From assembly GCA_951406725.2 (NCBI GenBank), contig OX597827.1, forward strand, positions 39,866,001 to 39,930,000: a stretch of 64,000 nt of DNA, read 5' to 3'. A program made the position numbers and the translations under genes. The notes under the pieces are model-generated. The model had not been told where the DNA came from, made no database searches, and was given only the letters and a program-made list of their open reading frames with translations. This document shows, in pieces, positions 49,790 through 62,307 of the stretch. The stretch is from Octopus vulgaris. Lineage: Eukaryota. Position 1 is the stretch's first letter, and the number at the start of each line of letters is the position of its first letter.

Positions 49790-50062
49790 AGCACCCGTGC
49801 TGGTGCCATGTGAAAAGCATCCAGGCTGGCATTATGTGAAAAGCACTGAGGGTGACACAGCATGAAAAGCACCTGTGCCAGTGCCGCAAAAAAAAGCACC
49901 TAGTACAATCTGTAAAGTGGTTGGCATTAAGAAGGGCATCCAGCCCTAGAAACTATATCAAAACAAACAACTGAAGCCTGGTTCAGCTCTCTAGCTTGCC
50001 ATCTCTTGTCAAACCATCCAATCTATGCCAGCATGGAAAATGGACATTAAATGATGATGATG
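49790..50062 (+). mobile_element. RTE 3'-UTR-derived repeat
   Basis: Matches 28540-28731; (GAT)n tail. Confidence 0.7.
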
Positions 50063-50079
50063 GTTACACATATGATACA

Positions 50080-50463
50080 TCTATTATATAAAATCCGTTC
50101 TGTCTGTCTGTGTGTGTGTCTTCTAGGATCTCAGGCATCCTCTATCCGATTGCGCTCAAATTTGATATGTAGATACCGACGGTATCAGGGCATGTATAAG
50201 TTTTGAAAAAATTACAAAAATCGATTCCAGGTGAGAATGTGATCAATAAAGCCATGGGAACGTGCATTTGTAAAATCGTTTTTTTTTGGAATAGAAAAAA
50301 GTCTATCTTTATTTCTTCTTTTGCTGGTGTCTCAAATTTAGGATAAATCAGTGTTTCTCAAAGGGGTGGCCTATGGGATGGTCGGAAAAGTTGTTTTGAA
50401 AAAATTTGGTTTAAATGTTTGACAACTCAGCACCGTCCATTGGACGGGGTTGTATTTTGCTCA
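50080..50463 (+). mobile_element. Non-autonomous Helitron-like element, H1 variant with a different interior
   Basis: Same termini as 48879-49270; about 50272-50373 is unrelated to the other copies. Confidence 0.78.
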
Positions 50464-51158
50464 TTAAATTTATAATGCAAAAACACTCAGCAGACTGTGA
50501 TAGTCAGTATAATAGAAATATAATTTTAAAATTTATCCTTTCTGTATGGCCTGAAACCAGCTTGATACTGGTCTGAGGCCCAGTAGTTGGGGCTCCCTGA
50601 AATAAAAGATATGATTGTTATCAATTCAGTATATTTATATGCTAAAATATTACTAGTTAAAATAAATTTAGCAGTCAAACTTTGTCTTCCTTTGTTTCTC
50701 CAAAATAAACAAAAGAAAACAAATTCACACGACATTCTTCATTAGAATTCTGCTGTTGACTTCCTTAAGATGTCTTTAGCATAGTGAGTCAGAAATTAAA
50801 GGCATTACTGTTCTGAGTTCACACACCTATGAATAGACACACACGCAAACATGCACACAAACACATACACACACAGAGAAACACATACACACACACACAT
50901 GCATATAAGACACTAAAACCGTTAGCTTCTATGACCTCTAAAAGAAAATAAGAAGACAGGAAAAACAGACACATGAGAACAACATCTGTAATCAAGACAG
51001 CAGGAATTATTTTGCTTCCCACTTCAATTTCAAGAAATAATAGGTGATAAAGTTATTATATATCTATATAAAGCATTGCAAGCTACAGGTTATATATCAC
51101 AAGTGACTTTCAGTTACATTTTCAAATATATTGATTGGAACCTGAATTCATATATATA

Positions 51159-51352
51159 TCATCATCATCATCATCATCATCATTTAACGTCCGTTTTCCA
51201 TGCTAGCATGGGTTGGATGGTTTTGACTGAGGGCTGGCAACTAGATGGCTGCACCAGGCTCCAGTCTTGATCTGGCAGAGTTTCTACAGCTGGATGCCCT
51301 TCCTAATGCCAACCACTCTGAGAGTGTAGTGGGTGCTTTTTATGTGCCACCT
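51159..51352 (-). mobile_element. RTE 3'-UTR-derived repeat
   Basis: (CAT)n followed by the reverse complement of the RTE tail. Confidence 0.75.
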
Positions 51353-51459
51353 GCATATATATGATGTAACATTTGGTATAATTATAAACAGGAAAATGTT
51401 TAAGCCATTTCTCTATAGAGTGAAAAAAAAAACCCAACAGTCTTAATTAATTTTGAAAC

Positions 51460-52755
51460 CTTATTGGGTACTCATCAAAGTTCTTTTACCACATCAACAC
51501 CAAATTTCTCCAATAGTTCCTCATACCCTATGTTGCCTGATATCCTTTTAATGTCTGTATTGATCTTCCAGAACTTTAAACCATTTTTGTACTTTTTCAC
51601 CTCTTCCATCTGCTTTTCTGAAAGTAGTACACATGTGCCACCCTCTGGTGTTCATATATCCTTCTGTAAGGACAAATTTTGCCATCTGCCAACCTGTTAT
51701 ATTCTTTTAGTATACAAATATAATTTACTTCACGGGGAGGGGAATTCTTTGTACAATGTTGTGATTGCATTTCTTTTTTCTTTTTGAATTGTGTAGGAGG
51801 GGGCTGGGTGGGTTCAGTGTCTGTAGAGAGATGGGTCTCAGAGGGTATGGGTGGAGTGGGTAAGGTTTGGGGGTCCCACATCACACTGTTGTTTTTTCCT
51901 CTTTTTTCTGCAATTTTCCATTCTTCCTCTCTTTCCTTTTCCTCTTCTTGCTTCTTTTCTGGCATCTCAGTCATCCTTTCCATAGTCTGCTTTTGCAGAG
52001 GGCAGTGTGCTCTAATGTGACCTTTTTGGCCACATTTAAAACAACACCCCGCACTTTCAACATTAGGTCTCCAATTGATACCGTCTCCACCAAATTTTCG
52101 AGTGTCTCCACTGCAGCCTGTACAATCAGATCCATAGTTTGTCCTTTCCACATTGAGCCTTCCATCTTTGTGGCTTGGAGGACGGCTACTTCTTCCTCAC
52201 TTCCCAGAAGAACAGCTGCTGTGACCCAAGCCACATCAATTTCCAGCGGAATTTCCTCCACCTTTATCCTTGAAGTCCTTCTTCCCAAATAAGTGGTTAG
52301 AAGGACCACTTTGTTTTTACAGTGTTTGTCACATTTTCCTTAGCTTTGGCTTCCATCTTATAATGGACTATAATGGTTCCAAATTTGTTCCCTCTTGCCA
52401 GATACATTAAATCTTGCCAGACTGAGCATAATGCCCTCTCTATAACTTCAGCTTCTACATGTTCAATTTTCCTTTCCTCCACTGAGTACACCTTGTATGC
52501 TTACAGTCTTCCTGTCTATTTTGTCCATATCTTCTGGGGTGGTGACAGCTTAATATCACTGCCCACTCTACATGCCATGTTTTCATATCTTTCAGTATCT
52601 GAAAGGTCCACTTCCATTTTCTTTATTTCTGTCGCTTCAGAGAACCTCTTCTTTTTTAGACATTCATCCGTTCTACCGACTGCAAGAACCAGTTCCTCCT
52701 CCGAAAAGGACAATTCAGAACCACTAAGGTCTGATTAAAACATCCTTTTTGCCAT
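51460..52755 (-). pseudogene. Decayed gag/ORF1-like gene with CCHC zinc knuckle (non-LTR retroelement ORF1)
   Basis: Broken ORFs 52713-51597 including TYLGRRTSRIKVEEIP and CFKCGQKGHIRAHCP (C-x2-C-x4-H-x4-C). Confidence 0.7.
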
Positions 52756-53487
52756 GGCTTCTCATGATTTTATTGAGAGAAAGCACAACTTGAAAACCGC
52801 TGCAAACCAGCACAAAATAACCAACAATTCAAACAAGAGTAATAAACAAACTTCAGCTCACCAGAATGTTGAACAAACATTGAAAAAACCATGTAGTCTA
52901 AACAATTTCACAGTATTTATACTTGAATAAAAGTGGGAAAATCTTCATCTTGCATTATCTCAAAGCTACAAGAATTCAATAACATGATTTGCATATTTTT
53001 TTAGCAATTTCATAGAGCAGTCAGATATGGCTGGATTTGGCTGGTTTGAACAAATACAAAGGAATTAATTTTGGCCGGTTTTGGCTGGTTTGAACACTAA
53101 AAAGTTCTGAAAGTGGTTGTACTGAATTTCATTTTAGCAGTAGCATATATGTATATGGTATTTATGTGTATACTTACACATGAATTCTATGGACCAGTGA
53201 ATCTCTTAGTCATAAACAAATATTTAAGCTTATTCAAGTGTAAAACCACCAAGTCCACACAAGATCCAGCTAATTGATAATTTATGCATATTAACATTAT
53301 ATTATGATTTCTTTTTTCATTCACGAAACAGCTGCTTGTTTTTACATCTGCTCTTACCTTCCTACCTATAGACACAATCAAACTAACACATCTAAAGGGA
53401 CTGCCTAAAAAGCTATTAAAAGCCATATTTTTGAGCCAAACAGATACAATATAAATTTCACGAAACCCTACAGTTCACCATCAATGA

Positions 53488-53550
<63 letters not shown>

Positions 53551-53845
53551 TTAAAACATCACTCTCATTTTTACATCTGCTTTTCCTTGCTGGCATATGA
53601 TATTGGAGAAGATTTTTTTTTAGGCAGTGTTTTATGGCTTGGCACCCTTTCTGATGTCGTTTTTTTTGTTTTTTAACCCTTTACAAGCGTGCAGGAATAA
53701 GATGTACTTATTTTGAAAACTGGAATACACATATATACAGATACATGCACAGGAATGCACACACATATATATAAATAAGTGTATGTGTGTGTGGATGCAA
53801 TATATACAGAGATCCTTATATACAAACATTTGTTTGTGTGTACAC

Positions 53846-53897
<52 letters not shown>

Positions 53898-53909
53898 GTT
53901 TATATTATG

Positions 53910-54168
53910 TATGGCATCCGTGTCAGTGACACGTAAAAGCACCAACCGATCATGGCCGTTTGCCAGCCTGCGCTGGCTCCTGTGCCGGAGGCACGTAAAA
54001 AACACCCACTACACTCACGGGGTGGTTGGCGTTAGGAAGGGCATCCAGCTGTAGAAACACTGCCAAATAAGACTGGAGCCTGGTGCAGCCTCCATGGTTT
54101 ACCAGACACCGGTCAAACCGTCCAACCCATGCTAGCATGGAAAACGGACGTTAAATGATGATGATGAT
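53910..54168 (+). mobile_element. RTE 3'-UTR-derived repeat
   Basis: Matches the 28300-28731 motifs; ends aaatgatgatgatga. Confidence 0.78.
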
Positions 54169-54453
54169 GTATGCATGTATGTATGTAAAGTATACTGACA
54201 GTTCGAAAAAGAAAGCAGTGAACTTAGGCTTATAATGAGCAGAATGTTTGGATACCTGTGGAGTATAACCTCCCATTATAATTGTTTTGTAGTTTCAAGG
54301 AGCTGGAACGGGTCGCCGAATTGTTAGAGAGTGAGAGAAGGGGTGTCTATTGTCTAAAAGAAATCTTTTATCTAAAATATCTCCAGGCATGTTCTTGACC
54401 CCTAGACAGAAGATAACCTGTTTTTATTACAAATTTTTATAAATCTTTACTGG

Positions 54454-54489
54454 TATCTGATAAGATGAGATACATCGAAACTGGTAATA
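54454..54489 (+). ncRNA. Degenerate minimal hammerhead motif
   Basis: tat-CTGATAA-gatg-agata-catc-GAAAC-TG-GTA-ata; G8A change in the core. Confidence 0.5.
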
Positions 54490-54736
54490 TTTTCTTAATA
54501 TAATTTTTATTAAATTCCCTTTTAAATTGAAATGTCTGAGATTTACTTCTGTGCTTATTTCCTTCCCCATCTTTTTTATATGTGCATGTATATATATATA
54601 CATACACACATATATATATATACATATATATATATGTATATATATATATATATGTGTGTATATACACACATATATACACACACTCACACATATATATGTA
54701 CATATATGTATATATATATATTCTTTTATTCATTTA

Positions 54737-55120
54737 TTCTTTTACTTGCTTTAGTCACTCGACTGTGGTCATGCTGGGGCACAGACTTTAGCCAAACAAA
54801 TCAACCCCAGAACTTATTCTTTATATGCTAAGTACTTATTTTATCAGTCTCTTTTGCCGAACCGCCAGGTGATGGGGATGAAAACAGACCAGCATTGGTT
54901 GTCAAGTGATGGTGGGGGGACAAACACAGACAAACACAGACACACATACACACACACACACACACATACTTTCAGTTTCCATCTACCAAATCCACTCAAG
55001 TCTTTGGTCTGCCCATGGCTACAGTAGAAGACAGTTGCCCAAGATGCCGCACAGTGGGACTGAACCCAGAACCATGTGGTTGATAAGCAAGCTACTTACC
55101 ACATAGCCACTCCTGTGCCT
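54737..55120 (-). mobile_element. Family A SINE
   Basis: Reverse complement matches 11164-11563. Confidence 0.85.
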
Positions 55121-55311
55121 ATATGTGTGTGTGCGTGTGTGTGTGTGTGTATGTATATTTATGCATGTATATAGCCTTTAAGTTTGTTTACAGGGAAACA
55201 TTTTTGAGTACACATATAAAAGCTTCTATTTGAATGATACCAATGTGCAACAGCAGTTTTATGGGTTTGTACTAAGCTGTGTCAATATAATGTAGGATAA
55301 CTATAGTAATA

Positions 55312-55910
55312 ATAATAATCCATGGCTGGAATTTATAAATATTTTAAATCTCTATAAGTACATTTTCACTTGAAACATGTGATAAGTACATTTCCACATA
55401 TCACATGTTTCATACAACCATAGTCTGTATTCCTGAGGTGATTAATTACAGCTGGCACTTCTTCCATGAATTCATTGAGGAAGTGCCTGCTGTGACTAAT
55501 GGAAAACCAATGACCTATACTACCCCATTCCAACACGTACACACACAAATATCAAAACAAGTCTAGCCTCACCACACACGCCTCCCTCTTCTTTATCATT
55601 ACTGTTCCTTTCTTGTTTTCCATCATCTACTATTCTTCCCAAAGAAATACACACAGAACTGACCACATACCCAAATGAACCTTTTGGTTGGTGAGAATTG
55701 ATAAACATCCTTCTATTTCCAACTTTAATGCCATATCACCTGAAGAAATGAACACATGAACTAAGACCCCACCTGATATCCATTGATATTACAGATTGTA
55801 CTGTAATTATCCCAGGAATGTGGACTATGGTCATAAGAAAAATGTGATTTGTGGAAATGTGTGTAGTGATGCCTTAAAAATATTTATAAATTCCATTCAT
55901 GGATTATTAT
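55312..55910. mobile_element. Old fold-back element
   Basis: About 55312-55451 mirrors 55801-55910 imperfectly; internal near-palindrome at 55454-55487. Confidence 0.5.
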
Positions 55911-55936
55911 TATTATTATTATTGTTGTTATTATTA

Positions 55937-56022
<86 letters not shown>

Positions 56023-57339
56023 TTTTTATTACTATTGCTATATATATATATATGATGATGATGATGATGATGATATATATATATATATATATATATTATA
56101 TACATACACACACACACACGCACACACAAACAAGGAATTGGGGAACTGAGAGAAACAGTGACCTCAAAATTTAAAATCACCATTACTACCAAAGATCTCA
56201 TTTTAATCTCACGGCTATCAGCAGTGTGCCCACTCCAATCCAACAGCTACTGTCATTAATCACACTATAATACCATAGCTACCTTTGGCACTTAACCATT
56301 ACTTACACAGGTAACCTCATGCTTATATCACATTTACTACAAATGCTAAGGAGGCCAGCTATCAGAATCATTACTTTCAGTTCAAATGCTGCAGTGGTTG
56401 ACTTTGCCTTTCATCTTTTCATGGGCAATAAAATAAGTTCCAGTTGAACACTGGGGTTGATGTAATTGACTCCCTACGTTTCCCTCAAAATTTCAGGCCA
56501 TTTTCCTATTGTAGAAAGGTTTATTAATTCTGCCTGTACCGCTTGTTACCAGACTGTAATATTGCAACTGCCAATAGAAACCACATTCTAATACCATAGC
56601 TAACACAAAAACTATCACTTATTAATGCAAACAAAATCACTAGAGATTAACATTCTGATTTCACATCAACCATCTGTGCCCAATTTGAATCCAAACTGCA
56701 TACATTCGAATGTTATAGTTTATTACTGAAAGAGAAAGTGGACACTGTATTGTGTCAAGTGCATTGTGTTTCATGGCTCAAATTGCACAACACTATGATT
56801 ATCATAGTTACTTGATGTTGATGAGTCAATCCTTTTTTTAATTCTTCCTTATAATGAAGTATGAATAAGAAGTGGTTTCTATGAAAATTTCTATATGAGA
56901 AACGAAGTTTTACAATGCAATGGAACTAGGAAAAAGCATGGCATCTAGTTTAAGAGCAACTAGAGAATGCATGTAGAATGTAGCATAAGCCCAAGATTTT
57001 CTAATATTGATAAGAGAAAAATGTATTTTCTTCATCAATCTTGAATATAATAAGCTTTATAATAAGCATAATGTAAAAGTTATCTATGGTTGTTTGGAAA
57101 TCGTCACATTATGAGTATCCTTCCACAACTGAAGTTATAGAACTCAACCAATAGCCAGACTGAAATTAAAGCAACAATACCTCTGATGTGGGATGATCCC
57201 AGCCAAAACACATTTAATCACAGGTCTCATGGAAGCAACTAACTTATGGCTAAGCAATAACAACAACAACAACAATTAGGATTGAATTAACCGATTATAT
57301 TCCTCCTCTCTGAACATGTGACCCTGGGTCAATGTAAAA

Positions 57340-57805
57340 AATAATCCCATCATCATCATCAGGGCCCCCACCACCACCACCACCACCACCATCATCTTCA
57401 TAACTGTCATTACATTATTAGGCCTCACCATCCCTTCTGCCATCACCATCATCAGCATTATCATCATTGTCATCATCATCATCATCATCATTGTCTTCCT
57501 CTTCCTTGTCCCATCATCATCATTATCATCATCATATTACCACCATCACTCTCATCATCACTACTGTCATCATCCTCATCGTCATCTTCATCATCTTCCA
57601 CATCATCATCATTGCAATAATCATCATCTTCCACATCATCATCATTGTAATAATCATCATCTTCATTGTCCTCATCCTTAGCGTCATTGTCATTGTTGTC
57701 ATCATCATCACCGTTGTCATCATCATCCTCCTCCTCATCATCATCATCATCATCATCATCATCGTCGTCGTCATCGTCGTCATCGTTGTCATCGTCAACA
57801 TCAGC
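57340..57805. repeat. Degenerate (CAT)n trinucleotide tract
   Basis: Directly visible. Confidence 0.9.
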
Positions 57806-58140
57806 AATGTTTTTACATAGTCATTAGTGTACTGTTATCTATTATTTGGACATACCCATGTTACCCACTGAATTGAAAAAGAAAAAAAAAATATATTAAA
57901 ACAGTGATTGCGTCTTATTAATCTTCAGAACCGTTGTTTAACAGATATTTGTATATTTAGCTGCTATTCATATTCATTTCTGAAAATCTGCTTATTTATT
58001 TCTGTTTGTTTATTTCACATGTTAATGTCTTTTATCTTTCTATTTTTCTTTTCTTTGATTTTAAAATCTTGCTTTGCTTCTTTCCTTTCTCTTCCTTCAT
58101 TTTCTTTCTATCTGACTTTCTCTTTCCTCCTTTCTCTTAG

Positions 58141-58213
58141 GATTCAACACAACCCTGACATAATTTTAACTCAGAGATAAATGAACAAACAATCCGCTGT
58201 TATGCATTGTTAT
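58141..58213 (+). other. Candidate spliced exon (5' UTR plus start MNKQSAVMHCY, or non-coding)
   Basis: Long polypyrimidine tract, CTGAC branch-like site near 58112, TTAG acceptor at 58140, GTAAGT donor at 58214. Confidence 0.3.
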
Positions 58214-58272
58214 GTAAGTGACTTGATCTTAAGTCAGGTCTGGTCACTAGAAGTACTGTACCTTGGTTATTT

Positions 58273-58690
58273 TACTCTTTACTCTTTATTCTTTTACTTG
58301 TTTCAGTCATTTGAATGTGGCCATGCTGGAGCACCACCTTTTAGTGGAGCAAATCGACCCCAGGACTTATTCTTTGTAAGCCTACTACTTATTCTATTGG
58401 TCTCTTTTGCCGAATCGCTAAGTTACGGGGACATAAACACACCAGTATCAGTTGTCAAGCGATGTTGGGGGTACAAACACAGACACACAAACATATATAC
58501 ACACATACATATATATATACATACATATATACGACGGGCTTCTTTCAGTTTCCGTCTACCAAATCCACTCACAAGGCTTTGGTCGGCCAGAGGCTATAGT
58601 AGAAGATATTTGCCCAAGGTGCCATGCAGTGGGACTGAACCCGGAACCATGTGGTTCGTAAGCAAGCTACTTACCACACAGCCACTCCTA
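58273..58690 (-). mobile_element. Family A SINE
   Basis: Reverse complement matches 11164-11563. Confidence 0.88.
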
Positions 58691-58993
58691 CATACATTAA
58701 AACCAAAGGTTTTATCTGTTTATTTGAATCATTGTCCCCTTTTCTGCTCACTTGAATTCCCTGTACAGGCAATCTTTACCCTACTGATTTGGTCCTTGGT
58801 AAAGATATCAGAGTGTAAATTCAAATCATATGAGCACTACAAAGTGTTTTCTTTCTATATTGAGATTCTCAATCTCATCTGTTAACTCTATATTTAATAT
58901 GAGGACCTTTGAAAACTAACCAGGAATAATTATGTGGAGAGGAAATTAATAATGACTAATATTGTTTGAATATTTCAACCCATATTGAAGACA

Positions 58994-59037
58994 ACTTAGG
59001 ACCAGTTTCAGCCTTGTTATGACTTCATCAGCAAAGT
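58994..59037 (-). ncRNA. Minimal type I hammerhead motif
   Basis: Minus strand: actttg-CTGATGA-agtc-ataacaa-ggct-GAAAC-TG-GTC-ctaagt; intact core and GUC triplet, one mismatch in stem I. Confidence 0.65.
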
Positions 59038-59204
59038 ATAGACTTCACTATATTACCAAAAGTAGTAATGGAAGGATCACTAGTAAGTGTACAAGATAGC
59101 ATAGAAAAATAATGTAATGTAATGGTTGGATTAGGGAAAATATAATTATTTAGAAAATTAATGTATCAGAGATACCATCTTCATGAAGAACAATAGTTAA
59201 ATAT

Positions 59205-59704
59205 ATCTTTTACTTGTTTCAGCGATTAGACTGCGGCCATACTGGGGCACTGCCTGAAGAATTTCAGTCAACCTATAGATTATTCTTTCGATTTTTTTTT
59301 TTTTTGTAAAGCCTGGTACTTATTCTATCAGTCTCTCTTATATCGCACATTCGGATGTCCTCTACTCAACTCCTCGATATCTAGACTTCTCCCTCTATAT
59401 CTACGTATTGGGCTAGTCTACTTCGTCGTCTGGGGGCATCCACACAACAGTCTCTTTTACTGAACTACTAAGTTATGGGGACATAAGCACACTAACACCA
59501 GTTGTCAAGTGGTGGTGGAGGACAAACACTTATACTAACACAAACACACATAAGATGGGCTTCTTTCAGTTTCTATCTACCAAATACACTTTAGTTGGCC
59601 AAGACTATAGTAGATGACATGCCCAAAGTGCCACACAGTGGGACTGAACTCAGAGCCATGTACTTGGGAAGCAAACTTCTTACCACACAGCCATGCCAGC
59701 ACCT
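59205..59704 (-). mobile_element. Degraded family A SINE with a 111-bp nested insertion
   Basis: SINE body interrupted at 59337-59447; insert flanked by cagtctct on both sides. Confidence 0.75.
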
Positions 59705-60269
59705 ATATGTTAACATGTTTAATGTAAGGATCATTAAAAACTAATTAAAAAAAATTGACTCAGTAAAGAAAAAATAATACTAGACAACAACTAAGATTTG
59801 AGGTGGACTGGCAACATCATTAAAATACCAGAGAAAATACCATGCAGAAATTAGTTGTGGCTTTATGTTCTGAGTTCAAATTCCACTGAAGTCAACTTTG
59901 CCTTTCATCTTTCTGAGATTGATGAAATAAAGTAACTACTAGCTTCCTCCACCCAAATTTATAGCCTAGAATAAGGGAACTCCATCATTCAAATTTGACC
60001 ATGCCTTAATACTTGTATGTTTAGGTGAATGGACAAGATATTTGAAGGAAGACTGGTAGTTGCCCATGCATGCAAGTCTCAACTCTGTAAATCACAGATG
60101 TCTATCTAAGGGAAAACTCCCTTCTTGGGTTGATATAGCTTCACACCAGTGTCATTGTAGGTGTCGTGGTCAGAATGCAAAGAGTCAGAAAAGATACAAG
60201 GCAATTGACAGTTCTGCAAATCAATCACCTTAAATTGGTACATTTTTATCAATGCCAAAAAAGAAAATG

Positions 60270-60570
60270 TGTTTGTTCTTTCTCGAGCCACACCTGGCTC
60301 ATACGGCCAGTTTCCTGGTTTCCTTGGCATATAGGTTCCCCACCTGGATGGGATGCCGGTCTGTCGCAGGTGAGCTGCAAGATGCAGTAGGAAAGCGTGA
60401 GAGAAAGTTGTGGCGAAAGAGTCAGCAGAAGTTCGCCATTACCTTCTGCCAGAGCTGCATGGAGCTTAGGTGTTTCACTCATAAACACACACATCACCCA
60501 GTCTGAGATTCGAACCCACAATCCCTCGACCGCGAGTCCACTGCTCTAACCACTAGGCCATGTGCCTCCA
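60270..60570 (-). mobile_element. tRNA-derived SINE (family C head, alternative tail)
   Basis: Perfect 14-bp TSD caaaaaagaaaatg; head resembles 22007. Confidence 0.88.
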
Positions 60571-61110
60571 CAAAAAAGAAAATGGCAAAGTTGAACTCAG
60601 TATGTAGACACTGAGAACAAATACCATAAAGCATTCTATCCAGTGCACTAACAAATCTACCAATTTTTATTTTTCAGCCATATTTAGAACACCCTATTCA
60701 CAAAGCATAGTGTTCACCTAATTTATTTCTGGTCAAGTTACATATCTGGAATAATGTTGTTACTCTTCCTCAAAACATTCCCCTTCAACCTCCCTAACAC
60801 ACAACAATAACCAGTAGAACCTCTGATAAAAATAAAATAAGGCAGAACAAGACTGCTTTTGGACATCCAGGAGGAGTTTATTTTTTCTATTTTTATTTCT
60901 TTAACTTGAAGATACCAGTAGCAGAATGTTAGCAAATCCAGAGGGAGATGTGTAGCTGATACTTAACAGAAACCAAAGTTATTATATTACTTTATTTTTA
61001 TCTTCACTACTTCATTTCACTGAGTTATCAGGAGAGAATAGCTTTCAAGGGCTTCATATATTTTACCCCAGTGTCACTTTGATGGCATACACTGCTTTCT
61101 CACTCAATAA

Positions 61111-61424
61111 AACTGATAAACGTCACCCTTCTCAAGCCTAGCCAGGCTCATGGGCCCAGTTTCCGGTGGCGGTGGCGTATGTGTTCCCCCCAGCTGGACG
61201 GGACACCAGTCCATCGCAGCGTTACTCAAGAAACAGGAAGAGAGAGTGAGAGAAAGTTGTGGCAAAAGAGTACAACAGGGGTTGCCACCACCCCCTGCCG
61301 GAGCCTCGTGGAGCTTTTAAGTGTTTTCGCTCAATAAACACACACAACGCCCGGTCTGGGAATCGAAACCACGTTCCTCCGCTTGCAAGTCCACTGCCCT
61401 AACCACTGAGCCATTGCACCTCCA
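61111..61424 (-). mobile_element. tRNA-derived SINE (family C head, alternative tail)
   Basis: Head nearly identical to 22007-22200; flanked by tcactcaataa repeats. Confidence 0.85.
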
Positions 61425-61823
61425 CTTATCACTCAATAATAATAATAATAAAATTATGGGTTACATTAATATCTCTAGCAGTTACAGACCTGAACATGTA
61501 GTCATTTGATTTTTGCAGCAAGAATGATAATGAATTTAATGACAGAATTAACAGAATTTCAGAGAAACAATCTCCTTGGTATATTCTCTTTGAAATATAA
61601 TATTGGAGACAATCGTTCTGCTCTCAGTTGTAAATGTGAGAATTGTTTTCTAGGTATTTGTGAGTCCATCAATTGCAGCAACTAAGGTACCATGTACATT
61701 TGCCAAATGTAGACATTTCAGCAACCATGAGTGAGGAATACAGTGAAATACCTTCCTATAATCAAATGATAATCACAAGGCTTCTTTGGTGCTTTCTAAC
61801 TCCAGACAGTAGTTTTGAATGTA

Positions 61824-62046
61824 TACTCTTTTACTCTTTTACTTGTTTCAGTCATTTGACTGTGGCCATGCTGGAGCACCGCCTTTAGTCAAGCAAATCG
61901 ACCCCAGGACTTATTCTTTGTAAGCCTACTACTTATTCCATCGCTCTCTTTTGCCAAACCACTAAGTTATGGTGACATAAACACACCAGCATTGGATGTC
62001 AAGCAATGTTGGGGAGGCAAACACAGACACACAAACATATATACAA

Positions 62047-62085
<39 letters not shown>

Positions 62086-62307
62086 ACATATATATATATA
62101 TATACATGATATATATATATATATATACATATATACATATACATGACAGGCTTCTTTCAGTTTCCGTCTGCCAAATCCACTCACAAGGCTTTGGTCGGCC
62201 CGAGGCTATAGTAGAAGACATTTGCCCAAGGTGTCCCGCCGTGGAACTGAACCCGGAACCATGTGGTTGGTAAGTAAGCTACCTACCACACAACCACTCC
62301 TACGCCT
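61824..62307 (-). mobile_element. Family A SINE
   Basis: Reverse complement matches 11164-11563. Confidence 0.88.

Noticed and set aside
58181-58885. 234-aa ORF
   Set aside because: Mostly an antisense SINE; only the first 11 codons might be exonic.
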